DNA from: Lytechinus pictus
Taxonomy: Eukaryota
NCBI RefSeq assembly: GCF_037042905.1
Contig: NC_087252.1
Span: forward strand, 1,242,001 to 1,306,000
DNA length: 64,000 nt
Reading direction: 5' to 3'
The position numbers and the translations under genes are program-made. The notes under the pieces were generated by a model. The model had not been told where the DNA came from. It was given only the letters and a program-made list of their open reading frames with translations, and searched no databases. Below, one piece after another: positions 63,244 to 64,000 of this stretch (within the stretch, counting starts at the first letter, position 1; every line of letters starts with the position of its first letter).

Positions 63244-63770
63244 CGCTGAATCCACGAAGTGGCACAACGTCCCAAAATCACGTGAAAAGTCCATTTTAAG
63301 TATCATTCTGTTTTAGAAGTCAATTCTTAGTATCTTTCAGATTTAGTATTCCTTGACTGTGGTTTATCATTTCACTGAAATTTAGAACCCAATTCTCTGT
63401 AATTAATGAGATAATTAAAGTGAAAAAAATGACACTAGTCTCTAAATCCTTTGTAAAATAATCCACGAAATGGCACGCACGTGCGCGCCGTTTCTACGTA
63501 CGCTGAAGTAATATTTTCCACAAAACGACACTTGTCATGCTTGTGTTTGAATCACTGCTATGTCAAGATTTGATGTTTATTCGATGAAATTTTAACATGG
63601 GAGGCAGGAGTAGATACCTGGCTCGTGGTATGTGCATTTGTCATTCTGTTAAATTTCACAATCATATAGCAACGGGCAATTGAAAATATAACAATCTTTA
63701 ACTGCGTTTATCTCGTTAAGTGAATTCGCCCATCAACGGTTGCGTGTGCCACTTCGTGGATTCGGGGACG
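63244..63770. mobile_element. Non-autonomous TIR element
   Basis: GAATCCACGAAGTGGCACA at left, TGTGCCACTTCGTGGATTC at right, third internal copy near 63460. Confidence 0.65.
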
Positions 63771-63861
63771 ATATATACACTATCGCACACACACACGTAC
63801 ACATCCATACATATAGGCCAGTATGAAATTACAGTATTGAATTTCATCTGGGACAAATTTC

Positions 63862-63895
<34 letters not shown>

Positions 63896-64000
63896 CGCTG
63901 ACTGTTAAAAGCTACTGAAATCCGCCAATCTGATTGGCTTAAAGTGAATTTTGGTAGTTTCTTCATATCACAACTCTTTATAAAACGGGACCCTACCTTG

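Overview
AT-rich, repeat-dense eukaryotic DNA, most likely from a marine invertebrate deuterostome such as a sea urchin (inferred from gene and repeat style, not proven). Host genes: (1) a 7-coding-exon GPR156-like class C GPCR without a Venus-flytrap domain (+, 29470-38857, about 711 aa, all introns GT-AG and in phase); (2) a single-exon 390-aa disordered protein of unknown function (+, 46934-48106); (3) a tandem pair of intronless class A GPCRs (-), one intact and one doubly frameshifted. Mobile DNA: a young 5'-truncated R4/Dong-type retrotransposon inside the (TAA)n tail of a SINE in GPR156 intron 6; a HERO-like retrotransposon fragment in permuted tail-to-head order; a 3.4-kb palindromic Academ-like element; an 11-bp-repeat foldback element; tRNA-derived SINEs; L2/CR1 ends; many MITEs. 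The most striking observation is at the tail-to-head junction of the HERO-like fragment. There the minus strand (62017->61905) carries both hammerhead core motifs (GAAA and CUGAGGA) with all flanking helices present, but wired in a non-canonical, multiply pseudoknotted order. This is a candidate new self-cleaving ribozyme architecture tied to tandem or circular retrotransposon RNA. All family assignments come from motif recognition by eye; no database search was run.
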